From Mobula birostris (taxonomy: Eukaryota): 64,000 nucleotides of DNA. The translations under genes and the position numbers were made by a program. This document shows positions 1-12,211 of this stretch, piece after piece. Each line of letters opens with the position of its first letter. Within the stretch, counting starts at the first letter, position 1. Where the stretch lies: the NCBI RefSeq assembly GCF_030028105.1, contig NC_092382.1:99402699-99466698 (forward strand). The letters are read 5' to 3'. Below the pieces are notes generated by a model that saw only the letters and a list, made by a program, of their open reading frames with translations, was not told the origin of the DNA and ran no database searches.

Positions 1-755
1 ACGATTAGGAAAAGGGGAGGTGCAACGAGACCTGGGTGTCATTATGCACCAGTCATTGAAAGCGGGCATGCAGGTACAGCAGGCGGTGAAAAAGGCGAAT
101 GGTATGCTGGCATTCATAGCAAGAGGATTCGAGTACAGGAGCAGGGAGGTACTACTGCAGTTGTACAAGGCCTTGGTGAGACCACACCTGGAGTATTGTG
201 TGCAGTTTTGGTCCCCTAATCTGAGGAAAGGCATCCTTGCCATAGAGGGAGTACCAAGAAGGTTCACCAGATTGATTCCTGGGATGGCAGAACTTTCATA
301 TGAAGAAAGACTGGATTAACTGGGCTTGTACTCGTTGGAATTTAGAAGATTGAGGGGGGATCTGATTGAAACGTATAAGATCCTAAAGGGATTGGACAGG
401 CTAGATGCAGGAAGATTGTTCCCGATGTTGGGGAAGTCCAGAACAAGGAGTCACAGTTTTGAGATAAAGGCGAAGCCTTTTAGGACCGAGATTAGGAAAA
501 ACTTCTTCACACAGAGAGTGGTGAATCTGTGGAATTCTCTGCCACAGGAAACAGTTGAGGCCAGTTCATTGGCTATATTTAAGGGGGAGTTAGATATGGC
601 CCTTGTGGCTAGGGGGATCAGAGGTTATGGAGGGAAGGCTGGTGCAGGGTTCTGAGTTGGATGATCAGCCATGATCATAATAAATGGCGGTGCAGTCTCG
701 AAGGGCCGAATGGCCTACTCCTGCACCTATTTTCTACGTGTTCTATGTTTTCTAT
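1..755 (+). mobile_element. 3' fragment of a CR1-like LINE (reverse transcriptase C-terminus plus 3' tail)
   Basis: ORFs 20..319 and 326..655 give ...LYKALVRPHLEYCVQFWSP... and ...RGDLIETYKILKG...FFTQRVVNLWNSLP, typical of the CR1 ORF2 C-terminus, split by an in-frame TAA at 317-319. The element ends in gggccgaatggcctactcctgcacc and a ttctatg-type tail. Confidence 0.9.
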
Positions 756-863
756 GAGTTCATCCTGAAGTCCGACAAACTGGAGGCGAATTCGTCGGCA
801 GTGTATTTCTGCGCCTGGAGTGTTCCTGGCGGCTCAGAGTGACGGGACAGCTGAACGGACACC
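756..863 (+). pseudogene. Family-A V relic (FR3 only) with degenerate RSS
   Basis: EFILKSDKLEANSSAVYFCAWS directly follows the LINE tail. Heptamer mutated to CCTGGCG (825-831), 23-bp spacer, nonamer ACGGACACC (855-863). Confidence 0.85.
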
Positions 864-1807
864 TCGCTGTCAAAAGAGTCTGTGCTTTCAGCAAAACAGG
901 AAATACGACTCTTGTCAATCATCGGGTGGGAGGAGGGTCTATCTGTCTGGCGCTGCGCCGTTGCGGCCAATCGGTGAAATAAGGGGCGGAGGCATTATGC
1001 CGTGGCGTTTAATTTCCTTCCCTTCTTAAAGATTCAGATGGGGGAATATGATCCCCACTGCTCTCCCCAGTTCATCTTTCCTTGACTCTGCAGCCTAGGG
1101 TCGGGGACAGGCGGATAGTTAAGAAACAGGGAGAGACTGGAGAACAGCTGTAGGACACACCCCGCAAACGTCAGAAAACGGCGTCCTTGGAGGGAACAGA
1201 GAGATATTGATGTTCACCAATCACTGAAGATGACAGAATATGAGGGTTTTGGCGGATCTGGGGGTAGGAACAGAAATAGTTTTCTCAGGCGGATTTTCGG
1301 GTGCGCACGGATTTGGAGTTGTCGGTGTATACGGGGTCTTGGCCGATTTGCTGGCGCCTACAGATTTGGAAAATTTGGCGTATGTGAGCGTGCCCGCCGA
1401 TATATGGGAACCTGCTCCATGCAGAACACGGGGTATTTCACGTGGTTTAGCTGCGATCTGGGGGGGTTTAGAATACAGGTTCCAAATCTTTAGTTTGGAG
1501 AGTGAATATGTTCCCGGTGTGCTCCGTATGCCTCCTGCTTTATGAGAGAGGAGGTCTGCGACATGGAACAGACTAACAACGGGAGATGCAAATGGACTAA
1601 AATGTCAGGTGTGGTTTGGAGTGCGGTCGATATATCAGATAGATTCGTGTTTTCAATAAAGAGTTGGTGTATTGTGGCCTATCTTCTCACACCGGATCTC
1701 AAGTATGCCGAAAATCCCAAAACGAAGGAGCATTAAAAATCAGCAAGGAAGAGATATAGGGCGTGCAGAGGGCGACGAAATTGAGCAGAGAGATAGATCG
1801 AATCAGA

Positions 1808-1870
<63 letters not shown>

Positions 1871-1929
1871 GGCTGCTTTAATTAGTGGAGCGTAACAACA
1901 CATCCCTGAGATCGGATAGGTTCATGGAA

Positions 1930-1980
1930 GGGGCGTGGCTGATCGCTACTTCCGCAAGTCCACCGACGTCACTGATATCA
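1930..1980 (+). promoter_or_regulatory. Family-A V promoter core: GC box, ETS site and CRE/Vbeta-decamer-like motif
   Basis: GGGGCGTGGC (1930), ACTTCCG (1948), GACGTCACT (1965; reverse AGTGACGTC). The module recurs before family-A leaders at about 3964, 5825, 7768, 11533, 22846, 34855, 50931, 52835 and 58348; copies at about 9988 and 56670 keep the GC box and a CRE-like site but lack ACTTCCG. Confidence 0.7.
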
Positions 1981-2053
1981 GTAACAAGTGAGTGACTCGT
2001 CTCTGCTGCCACACAACACTTTCATCACTGAGAGAATAAACCCTCCAAGGAAG

Positions 2054-2675
2054 ATGCTTTTATTTCTGTGGTTTGTTCTCGCCTTCCACTGTGAGTGATG
2101 CTGACAAACAATATTAATTTTTATTTCTTTGCTCCTCTCTTCCTTTCAGATTTCTTTCACGTGTTTTACCTTCCAGTAGTCTCTTTATTTACGAGACCTC
2201 TCCTCCGCGCACTGTCTTCCCTCTGCAGCCGCCTCTCAGTTCCATCCTCCTCTCCAGCTTTCCCAACACCAGATCTCCTCCTTCCTTCCCTCAATGCACC
2301 ATCTTTCTGCCCTTCCCTATTGACCCGGGTCTCCCTGATCAATCACCGCATTTTCCACCCCCATCTATTTTTCCAGACGCGACCTCGGTGACGATCCACC
2401 AGACTCCGGGTTTCTCCGGAACTCCCGGCCGGAAGGTGACCTTGAATTGCACAGTAGAGGGTAGTATCAGTGCTAACAACTGGTTGTACTGGTACCAACA
2501 ATTCCCGGGAAACGGACCGGAGTACCTGTTTCACTCGTCCGCAGCTAATTCAGTGCAGCCGGAGAAATTGGTCGGCGGTTTTACGGCGGAGAGACCGAGG
2601 ACCAGCGAATTCCTCCTGAAGTTTGACAAACTAGAGGCGAAATCGTCGGCCCTGTATTTCTGTGCCTGGAGTATT
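2054..2675 (+). CDS. TRBV: TCR beta-like V segment, family A, apparently functional
   Basis: Leader 2054-2090 (MLLFLWFVLAFH), GT 2091, AG 2375-76, V exon 2377-2675 VTIHQTP..CTVEG..WLYWYQQ..YFCAWSI. RSS CACGGCG 2676-82, 23 bp, ACAAAAACT 2706-14. Confidence 0.9.
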
Positions 2676-3496
2676 CACGGCGGAACAGAGTGACGGGACA
2701 GCTGTACAAAAACTCTCAGTGTCAGAAGGGTCGTTGCTGTCAGCAAAACAGGAAACACGACTCCTGTCAATCATATGGTGGGAGGTGGGCCTATCATTCA
2801 GTCGTGAGCGCCGCAGCGTCCAATCAGTGAAATAAGGGGCAATGTTATTGTACCGTAGCTTTTCATTTGCCTTCTTTCCTGAAGCATCCAGTTGGGTGAA
2901 TACAATTCGCACACTCACCTTTCCAGTCTATTCTTCCTTGTCATTTCTGGCCTTTCCACACATCATCGATCCGGGAGAATCAAAACCACTGAGTGCGCCA
3001 GTAATGTTCAGTCCCCAACAACAATTTCCCGCTCGCGTCTTTTTTGTCTGTTGTTGGAAACACAGAATACGAAGAATACCGGATGGATCCGGAAAAGAGG
3101 AAACACGGGGCGTAAGTGTTCGACAGCCACACTATACATGGTGGCGAATGTTGAGGAAGAGCGGGGCCGCGGTGTACAGGGTAGTAAAAAGACCGTGAAT
3201 GGTGGGGCCTGTCGAGGGACAGAGGGGCCTCGGTGTACAAGGGTAGGGCACACACCGTCAACGGTGGGGAGTGTGAAGGGACAGAGGAAAGAAGATGTAC
3301 GAGGGTAGGACACACACCGTGAACGGTGGGGAGGGTCGAGGTACAGAGAGGCTTGGGTGCACGAAAATAGGAGAGTGACAGATAATGGGGATTGTGAAGA
3401 GACGGAGAGGCATAGGATAACATAGGGAGGATACACACCGTGAATATGAAGTCTACCTCAATACAATCGATCTATGTCTGAAGACACAGGCTACTA

Positions 3497-3510
3497 CCAC
3501 TAGGGGGCGA
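3497..3510 (+). promoter_or_regulatory. CTCF-binding-element-like motif (intergenic, family-A array)
   Basis: CCACTAGGGGGCGA matches the CTCF core CCASYAGRKGGCRS. Confidence 0.75.
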
Positions 3511-4099
3511 ACAAGAACTGCGGTAAAGTTTATGTAAGGTATTTCGAGGGGATTTAAAAGGACACATTTTTTCTGTAAAGTGAACTTTCTCTTCGGCTAG
3601 GTCGCAACTATTGCAGAGAGCCAGAGATCGAGGCTCAGGCTGGGAAAGAAAGAGAGAGATTGAATGCCAAAGACTGCTCTATGCAGGACACAAGGTGTGT
3701 CATAAGGTTCACCGAATAGCACTCATTATGATACTCTTGGCTGCAGCGAAAGCGATGTCGGGTGTTGTATACAGCTGTTGTGTAGATTTCCGAAATCACA
3801 AAGACTTGGGAGCTTAAATAAATCGCAGACAGTGAGATAATCGGGGCCAGATGAAGAAAGGGAGATGGATGGACGAGGACAGCGTCAAAGAGGGAGAGTG
3901 CTGTGTAGTCATCTTGGTAGAGCGGAAGAGGTACTCCCCTCAAATCGTGTTGGAACATATAGAGGGCGTGGCCAATCGATACTTCCGCAAATCCACCTAC
4001 GTCACTGATATAAGCAACCAAAGGGGTTTGAAGTGAATGGATTATTTCTCTGCTGCACGCACCACTTTCAGGACTGAGAGAATAAACTCTCCACGTAGG

Positions 4100-4718
4100 A
4101 TGTTTCTGTTTCTACTCTTTATTATTGCCTTCCACTGTGAGTGAAAGTTGACAAATATTATTATTTTTTTCTTTCTCTGCTTCTCTCTTCCTTTCACATT
4201 CCCGTCACTGTTTGTCTTGGACTCGTTACTTATTTAGTTACGAGCTGTCGCGTCCGCACACGATCTGCGCTGCGTCGCAGCCTGTAAATTCCCATCTCTT
4301 CTCGAGCATCAATCTTCCTCCTTGCTTCCCTCAATGCACCCTTTTTTCTCCCCTTTCCCATTTACCAGCGTCTCCGTTTTCATTCACCCCGTTATGCCTC
4401 CCCGATCTCTTTTTTCCAGACGCGACCTCGGTGACGATCCACCAGACGCCGGCTTTCTCGGGAACTGCAGGCCAGGAGGTGACCCTGCGTTGCAAATTAG
4501 AGGGTAGTACCGGTGCTGGTAACTACTTGTACTGGTACCGACAGTACCCGGGAAAGGGTCCGCAGAACATGTTTTACTCGAACACAGCGACGTACGTCCA
4601 AACAGGGGGAATGGTCAACGGTTTTACGGCGGAAAGACCGAAGAGCAACGAGTTCCTCTTGAAGTCCGACAAACTGGAGGCGAATTCGTCCGCCTTGTAT
4701 TTCTGCGCCTGGAGTATT
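4100..4718 (+). CDS. TRBV: TCR beta-like V segment, family A, apparently functional
   Basis: Leader 4100-4136 (MFLFLLFIIAFH), V exon 4420-4718 with C23, W41 and C104 intact. RSS CACGGCG 4719-25, 23 bp, ACAAAAACC 4749-57. Confidence 0.9.
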
Positions 4719-5948
4719 CACGGCGGCTCAGAGTGGCGGTGCAGCCGAACAAAAACCTCGCCGTCAGAAGGGTCTGTGCTGTCAGCAAAACAGGAAATAC
4801 GATCCCTGTCAATCATGGGGTGGGAGGAGGGTCTATCTGTCAGGCGCTGCGCCGTTGCGGCCAATCAGTGAAATATGGGGCGGAGCTATTATGTCGTGGC
4901 AGTTAATTTCCTCCCCTTCTTAGGCATTCAGATAGGTGAATATGATCCCCACTTCTCTTCTCCACTCCATCTTTCCTTGATTCTGCCGTCTATTGTCGGG
5001 GGCAGCCGGATAGTAAAGAAACGGGGAAAGCTGGGAGAACAGCTGTAGGACACACACCGCGAATGGCAGAACACGGCGTCCTTGGAAGGAACAGAGGGAT
5101 ATTGATGTTCACCAATCACTGAAGATGACAGAAAATGAGGGTGTTCGCGGATCTTGGGGCTCTAGCGGAAATAGTTTTGTCAGGCGGATTCTCGGGCGCG
5201 CGTGGATTTGGGGTTGTCGGCGTATCAGGTGTGTTAGCCGATTTGCTGGCGCGTACAGATTTGGAAATTTTGGCGATGTAAGCGTGCCAGCCGATATATA
5301 GGGACGTGCACTATGTAAAACACGAGGTATTTCACCTGGTTTAGCTGCGATCTGGGAGGGCTTAGAATACAGATTCCAAATGCTTAGTCTGACGAGATAG
5401 GAGAGTCAACATGTTCCCGGTGCACTCCGGATCTCTCCGGCTTTCTGAGAAAGGAGACCTGCGATATGGAAAAGGCTAACAACGGGGAGTTGCAAACGGA
5501 CTAAAATGGCACCTGTGGTTTGGAGTGCTGTGTTTGTTCAGAGAGATTCGCGTTTTCAGTAAAAGCTTGGTGAATTGTGTCCCCTCTTCTCACACCGGAT
5601 CTCTACTATTCCGAAAATCCGAAAACGAAGGAGCATTAAATATCTGCAAGGGAGAGATGTAGGGCGTGAAGAGGTAGATAGATACAGAGCTTGTGTGCGT
5701 GTGTGTGTTTGTGTGTGTGTGTGTGAGAAAGAGAGAGAGAGAGAGAGAGACAGAGAGAGAGAATTGGTTGCTTTAATTAGTGGAGCGTAACAACACACCC
5801 CTGAGATCGGATAGGTTCATGGAAGGGGCGTGGCTGATCGCTACTTCCGCAAGTCCACCGACGTCACTGATATCAGTAACAAGTGAATGGACTCGTCTCT
5901 GCCGCACACAACAGTTTCATCACTGAGACAATACACCCTCCAAGGAAG

Positions 5949-6583
5949 ATGCTATTATTTCTGTGGTTTCTGCTCGCCTTCCGCTGTGAGTGATATTGTC
6001 AAAAATATTATTTTTTATCTCCCGTCACGTGTTTTCCCTTCCAGTATCTCGGAATATTTCTAAATTTATTTACGAACCCACCGGGTCTGCACACTATCTT
6101 TCCTCTGACGCCGCCTGTAAGTTCTGTCCTCCTCTCCATCTTTCCCAACTTTATTTCTCCTCCTTCCTTCCCTTAATGCACCATCTTTCTCGACTTCCCT
6201 ATTGACCCGGGTCTTCCTGTTCCATCAGCGCCTTTTGCCACCCTCGTCTCTTTTTCCAGACGCGACCTCGGTGACGATCCACCAGACTCCGGGATTCTCC
6301 GGAACTGCCGGGCAGAAGGTGACCCTGAATTGCACAATAGAGGGTAGCACTGGTTGCACTGGTACCGACAATTCCAGGGAAACGGACCGGAGTACCTGTT
6401 TCACTCGATCGCAGCTAATTCAGTGCAGCCGGAGAAATTAGTCGGCGGTTGTACGGCGGAGAGACAGAAGACCAACGAATTCTTCCTGAAATCTCACAAA
6501 CTAGAGGCGAAATCGTCGGCCGTGTATCTCTGTGCCTGGGGTATTCACGGCGGAACAGGGTGACGGGCAGTTAAACAAAACCT
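5949..6583 (+). pseudogene. Family-A V pseudogene (13-nt deletion in CDR1)
   Basis: Leader 5949-5985, exon from 6260. ggtagcactggttg here versus ggtagtatcagtgctaacaactggttg in the 2054 gene gives a frameshift (ORFs 6202..6441 and 6354..6563 are in different frames). RSS is one base short. Confidence 0.9.
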
Positions 6584-7303
6584 GTCACTGTCAGAAGGGT
6601 CGTTGCTGTCAGCAAAACAGGAAACACGACTCCTGTCAATCATATGGTGGGAGGTGGGTCTATCATTCAGTCGTGAGCACCGAAGCGTCCAATCAGTGAA
6701 ATAAGGGGCGATGCTGTTGTTCTGCAGCTTTTCATTTCCCTTCTCCTCTGAAGCATCCAGTTGGGTGAATACAATTCGCACACTCACCTTTCCAGTCTAT
6801 TCTTCCTTGTCATTTCCGGCCTTTCCACACATCATCGATCCGAGAGAATCAAAACCACTGAGTGCGCCAGTAATGTTCAGTCCCCAACAACAATTTCCTG
6901 CTCGCGTCACTTTTGTCTGTTGTTGGAAACACACAATACGAAGAATACCGGACGAATCCGGAACAGAGGAAATACGGGGCCTAAGTGTTCGACAGGCATA
7001 CTGTACATAGTGGCGAATGTTGAGGAACAGCGGGGCCGCGGTGTACAGGGTAGTAAAAGGACCATGAATGGTGAGGCGTGTCGAGGGACAGAGGGACCTC
7101 AGTGTTACAAGGATAGGGCACACACCGTGAAATGTGAGGAGAGTGAAGGTACAGAGAGTCTTGGGTGCACGAAGATAAGAGGGTGACAGACAATGGGGAT
7201 TGTGAAGAGACGGAGAGGGATAGGATAACAAGGGTAGGATACACAGCGTGAATATGAAGTCTACCTCAATACATCGAGCAATGTCTGAAGACACAGGCTG
7301 CTA

Positions 7304-7317
7304 CCACTAGGGGGCGC
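7304..7317 (+). promoter_or_regulatory. CTCF-binding-element-like motif (intergenic)
   Basis: CCACTAGGGGGCGC, a full consensus match; paralog of 3497. Confidence 0.8.
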
Positions 7318-7904
7318 ACAAGAACTGCGTTAAAGTTTATGTAAGGTATTTCGAGGGTATTTAAAAGGACACATTTTTTCTGTAAAGTGAATTTTATCTT
7401 CGGCTAGGTCGCAACTATTGCAGAGAGCCAGAGATCGAGGCTCAGGCTGGGAAAGAAAGAGAGATTGAATGCCAAAGACTGCTCTATGCAGGACACAAGG
7501 TGTGTCATAAGGTTCACCGAATAGCACTCATTATGATACTCTTGGCTGCAGCGAAAGCGATGTGGGGTGTTGTATACAGCTGTTGTGTAGATTTCCGAAA
7601 TCACAAAGACTTGGGAGCTTAAATAAATCGCAGACAGTGAGATAATCGGGGCCAGATGAAGAAAGGGAGATGGATGGACGAGGACAGCGTCAAAGAGGGA
7701 GAGTGCTGTGTAGTCATCTTGGTAGAGCGGAAGAGGTACACCCCTCAAATCGTGTTGGAACATCTAAAGGGCGTGGCCAATCGATACTTCCGCAAATCCA
7801 CCTACGTCACTGATATAAGCAACCAAAGGGGTTTGAAGTGAATGGATTATTTCTCTGCTGCACGCACCACTTTCATGACTGAGAGAATGAACCCTCCAAG
7901 TAGG

Positions 7905-8529
7905 ATGTTTCTGTTTCTGCTCTTTATTCTCGCCTTCCACTGTGAGTGAAATTTGACAAATATTATTTTTTTTCTTTCTCCGCTTCTCTCTTCCTTTCAC
8001 ATTCCCGTCACTGTTCGTCTTGGACTCGTTACTTGTTTAGTTACGAGCCGTCGCGTCCGCACGCGATCTGGCCTCGGTCGCAGCCTGTAAATTCCCATCT
8101 CCTCTCGAGCTTTCCCGACATCAATATCCTCTTGGCTTCCCTCAATGCACCCTTTTTCCTCCCCTTTCCCATTTGCCAACGTCTCCGTTTTCATTCACCC
8201 CGTTCTGCCTCCCCCGTCTCTTTTTTCCAGACGCGACCTCGGTGACGATCCACCAGACGCCGGCTTTCTCGGGAACTGCCGGCCAGAAGGTGACCCTGCG
8301 TTGCACAGTAGAGGGTAGTACCAGTGTTGATAACGTGTTGTACTGGTACCGACAATCCCTGGGAAACGGTCCGGAGAACATGTTTTACTCGAACACAGCT
8401 CCGTACGTCCAACCAGACGGAATGGTCAACGGTTTTACGGCGGAGAGACCAAAGAGCAACGAGTTCCTCCTGAAGTGCGACAAATTGGAGGCGAATTCGT
8501 CGGCCGTGTATTTCTGCGCCTGGAGTATT
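7905..8529 (+). CDS. TRBV: TCR beta-like V segment, family A, apparently functional (extra Cys in FR3)
   Basis: Leader 7905-7941, V exon 8231-8529 (..LLKCDKLEANSSAVYFCAWSI). RSS CACGGCG 8530-36, 23 bp, ACAAAAACC 8560-68. Confidence 0.9.
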
Positions 8530-9307
8530 CACGGCGGCTCAGAGTGACGGGACAGCCGAACAAAAACCTCGCCGACAAAAGGGTCGGTGCTGTCAGCAAA
8601 ACAGGAAATACGACACCTGTCAATTATAGGGTGGGAGGCGGGTCTAGCTGACAGGCGCTGCGCCGATGCGGCCAATCAGTGAAATAAGGGGCGGAGCTAT
8701 TATGCAGTGGCATTTAATTTCCTCCCTTATTAAACATTCAGATGGGTGAATATGATCCCCACAGCTCTCCCCACTCCATCTTTCCTTGATTGTGAAGCCT
8801 AGGGTAAGAGACAGACGGATAGTTAAGAAACTGGGAGAGACTGGAGAACAGCTGTAGGACACACCCCGTGAATGGCAGATCACGGCGTCCGAGGAAGGAA
8901 CAGAGGGATATTGACGTTCACCAATCTCAGAAGATGACAGAATATGAGGGTGTTAGCGGATCTTGGAATTCTAGCAGAAATAGTTTTCTCAGGCGGATTT
9001 GGGGTGCGCGGGCATTTGGGGTTGTCGGCGTAAATACGGGCTGCTAGTCGATTTGTTGGCGTGTGCAGATTTGGAAATTTTGGCGTATGTGAGAGTGCCG
9101 GCCGACATATAGGTAGCTGCTCCATGCAGAACACAGGGTATTTCACGTGGTTTGTCTATGATCTAGGAGGGCTTAGAATACAGATTCCAAATGTTTATTT
9201 TCACGAGATAGGAGAGTCAACCTGTTCCCGGTTTACTCCAGATCTCTCCTGCTTTCTGAGAGAGGAGCTCTGCGACATAGAACAGGCTAACAACGGGAGT
9301 TGTACAA

Positions 9308-9434
9308 GGAGAGACCGAGGACCAACGAAATCTTCCTGAAATCTGACAAACTAGAGGCGAAATCGTCGGCCCTGTATTTCTGTGCCTGGAGTATTCACGG
9401 TGGAACAGAGTGACTGTGCAGTTGAACAAAAACT
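9308..9434 (+). pseudogene. 5'-deleted family-A V fragment with intact 23-RSS
   Basis: ERPRTNEIFLKSDKLEAKSSALYFCAWSI is fused to the 3' flank of the preceding gene. RSS CACGGTG 9396-9402, 23 bp, ACAAAAACT 9426-34. Confidence 0.85.
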
Positions 9435-10121
9435 CTCATTCTCAAGAGCGTCGCTGCTGTCAGCAAAACAGGGAACAAGACTCCTGTCAATCATATGGTG
9501 GGAGGTGGTCCTATCATTCAGTCATGTGCGCAGCAGCGTCCAATCAGTGAAATAAGGGCCGATTATATTGTACCGTTGCTTCTAATTTCCCTTCTCTTCT
9601 AAAGCAAGTTGGGTGAATTCAATTTGCACACTTACCTTTCCAGTCTATTCTTCCTTGTCATTTCCGGTCTTCCCACACATTATCGGTCCGGGAGAACCAG
9701 AACCATTGAGTGCGCCGATAATGTTCACTCCCCAAGATCAATTTCCCGCACGTGTCTTTTTTGTCTGTTGTTGGAAACACAGAATACGAAGAATACCGGA
9801 TGGATCCGGAACAGAGGAAACACGGGACATAAATGTTCGACAACCATACCGTACATGGTGGGAAATGCTGAGGAACAGAGGGGCCGCGGTTTACAAGGTT
9901 GAAAAAAGACCGTGAATGGGGGTGGGGCGTGTGGAGGGAGAGATGAACCTCGGTGTGCAGAATAGGACACACACCCTGAATGGTGGGGAACGTGGCCAAT
10001 CGCGACGTCCACAAATCCACCCACCTCACTGGGATACGTAACAAACGGGATGGAAGTGAATGAATTCGTCTCCGCCGCCCGCACCACTTTCATCACTGAG
10101 AGAGTAAACGCTCCGCGGGAG

Positions 10122-10794
10122 GTGTTCCTTTTTCTGCAATTCGTCCTCGCCTTCCGCTGTGAGTGAAAGTTCCCAAATATTTCTTTTCATTCTCTGCTTG
10201 TGTCTTCCTGTCACATTCCTTCCACTTGCTTTCCCCTCCCGTCGTCTAGGAGCCATTTCTTATTTATTTACGAGGCCTCGCGTCCGCAGACTATCTGCCC
10301 TCTGCAGCCGCCATTGAATTCCGATCTCCTCTCCAAATGTCCCCTTCTTCAGTTATCTTTTTTGCTTCCTTCAATGCACCCTGTTTATCGTCATCCCCAC
10401 TGATCCGCTTCTCCGCTTCCCTTCTCCCCGTTCAGTCAAGACCATCTCTTTTTACCAGGCGCGACCTCGGTGACGATCCACCAGACGCCGGCTTTCTCCG
10501 GAACTGCCGGCCAGAAGGTGACCCTGCGTTGCACAGTAGAGGGTAGTACCAGTGCTGATAACTACTTGTACTGGTACCGACAATATGCGGGAAAGAGTAC
10601 AGAGAATATGTTTTACTCGTCGATAGCTAATTCCGTGCTGCCAAATGAATTGGTCGACGGTTTTACGGCGGAGAGACCGAAAGCCAACAAGATCTTCCTG
10701 ATGTCCGACAAACTGGAGGGGAATCCGGCGGCCGTGTATTTCTGTGCCTAGAGTATTCACGGCGGTTCAGAGTGACGGGAGCTGTACAAAAACT
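10122..10794 (+). pseudogene. Family-A V pseudogene
   Basis: Leader starts GTG instead of ATG (10122), CAW codon is TAG (10749-51), and the RSS spacer is only 21 bp (heptamer 10758-64, nonamer 10786-94). Confidence 0.9.
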
Positions 10795-11665
10795 CTCACC
10801 GTCAGGGAGTTCGCTGCTGTCAGTAAAACAGGAAACACGACTCATGCCAATCATATGGTGGGGGTGGGTTTATCATTCAGTCGTGCGCGCCGTAGCGGCG
10901 AATCAGTGAAAGAAGAGGCGGTGGTACAGGTTTTCACGTCCTCCACTGAAGCATTCAGATGGGGGAAGAGAAACCGCGCACCGAGCTTCCCACTCATCCT
11001 TCCTTATGTGCAATCTTCTCGCAGATCTTCAGTACGGGTTTTCTCGTCACTTTCGAGTGCCACCGATAATGTGACGAGAAGCACATCGATCATGAACTGA
11101 AGAACTGAGGAGTCCTCCAAGGGCTGTGTGATGGAGGGGAGATGCGCGTGGGGCTCCCAGATCTATCACGGAAAAGGCAGAGGTACAGGAACGCCAACAG
11201 ATTCTCCATAGTGATCACACCAGGGAGAGGAATGGTCTTCGAAGGTGGTCCACACCTGCTCTGTACGGAACCCATGATGTTTCATAAGGATAATCATGTG
11301 GCCCTCATTATTACAGACTATTGGCTTCATTGAAATGGAGGTGAAGTGTTCCCGTCTTCTTTCACCTGTTGTGTAGCTTTCAGAAATTTAAGAGAATTGG
11401 GAGCTTAAATAAACCGAGGGGAGATGAAGAAAGAGAGAGGGAAAGGCGGGAAGAGCAACAGAGAGAATGTATAGTGTGGTCAACATGATAGAGCGGAATC
11501 AGCACACCCCGCGGAACGGGTTGGAACATGGAAGGGGCGTGGCCAATCTTTGCTTGCGTAACACACCTACGTCACTGATATAAGTAACAAACGGGGCTGA
11601 AGTGAATCGATTATTTCTTTGCTGCTCGCAGTATCATGACTGAGAGAAATAACCCTTCAAGAAGG

Positions 11666-12211
11666 ATGTTTCTGTTTCTACACTTCATTCTCGAATTGCA
11701 CTGTGAGTGAAAATCGATAAATGTTATTTTTCTTCCATCGCTGCTTCCCTCCCGCTCTGTCGTAGCACCTAAATTCAGATCGCCTCTAGAGATTTTCCGA
11801 CCTCCATCATCCTCTTTGCTTCCCTCAATGCACCCTCTTTCTCTCCTTTCACATTGACTGGCGTCTCCATTTTCATTCACCACGTTCTGCCTCCGCCGTC
11901 TCTTATTTCCAGATGCGACCTCGGTGACCATCCGCCAGACGCCGGCTTTCTCCGGAACTGCCGGCCAGAAGGTGACCCTGAATTGCACAGTAGAGGGTAG
12001 TACCAGTGCTGGTAACGTGTTGTACTGGTACCGACAATACCCGGGAAAGGGTCCGGAGAACATGTTTTATTCGACGAGAGCTAATTCCGCGCTGCCAAAG
12101 GAACTGGTCGGCGGTTTTCTGGCGCTGAGACCTCAAACCAATGAGATCTTCCTGAAGTCCGACAAACTGGAGGCTAATTCGTCAGCCGTGTATTTCTGCG
12201 CCTGGAGTATT
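11666..12211 (+). CDS. TRBV: TCR beta-like V segment, family A, apparently functional
   Basis: Leader 11666-11702 (MFLFLHFILELH), V exon 11913-12211 intact. RSS CACGGCG 12212-18, 23 bp, ACAAAAAAC 12242-50. Confidence 0.85.

Noticed and set aside
2686-2714. CAGAGTG inside family-A spacers, 13 bp before the nonamer, looks like a nested 12-RSS
   Set aside because: The third base is G, and the CAC trinucleotide is essential for RAG cleavage; the spacing is also 13 rather than 12.
2842-3438. Long overlapping ORFs in intergenic flanks (also 6711-7294, 9609-10096, 30174-30752, 40074-40737, 43137-43733)
   Set aside because: No recognisable domains; frames are not kept between paralogs; several run through N gaps or low-complexity repeat tails.
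5886-5950. Conserved upstream ATG (gtgaATGga) in family-A 5' regions as a regulatory uORF
   Set aside because: Length and stop position vary between paralogs, and the transcription start is unknown, so it may lie outside the mRNA.
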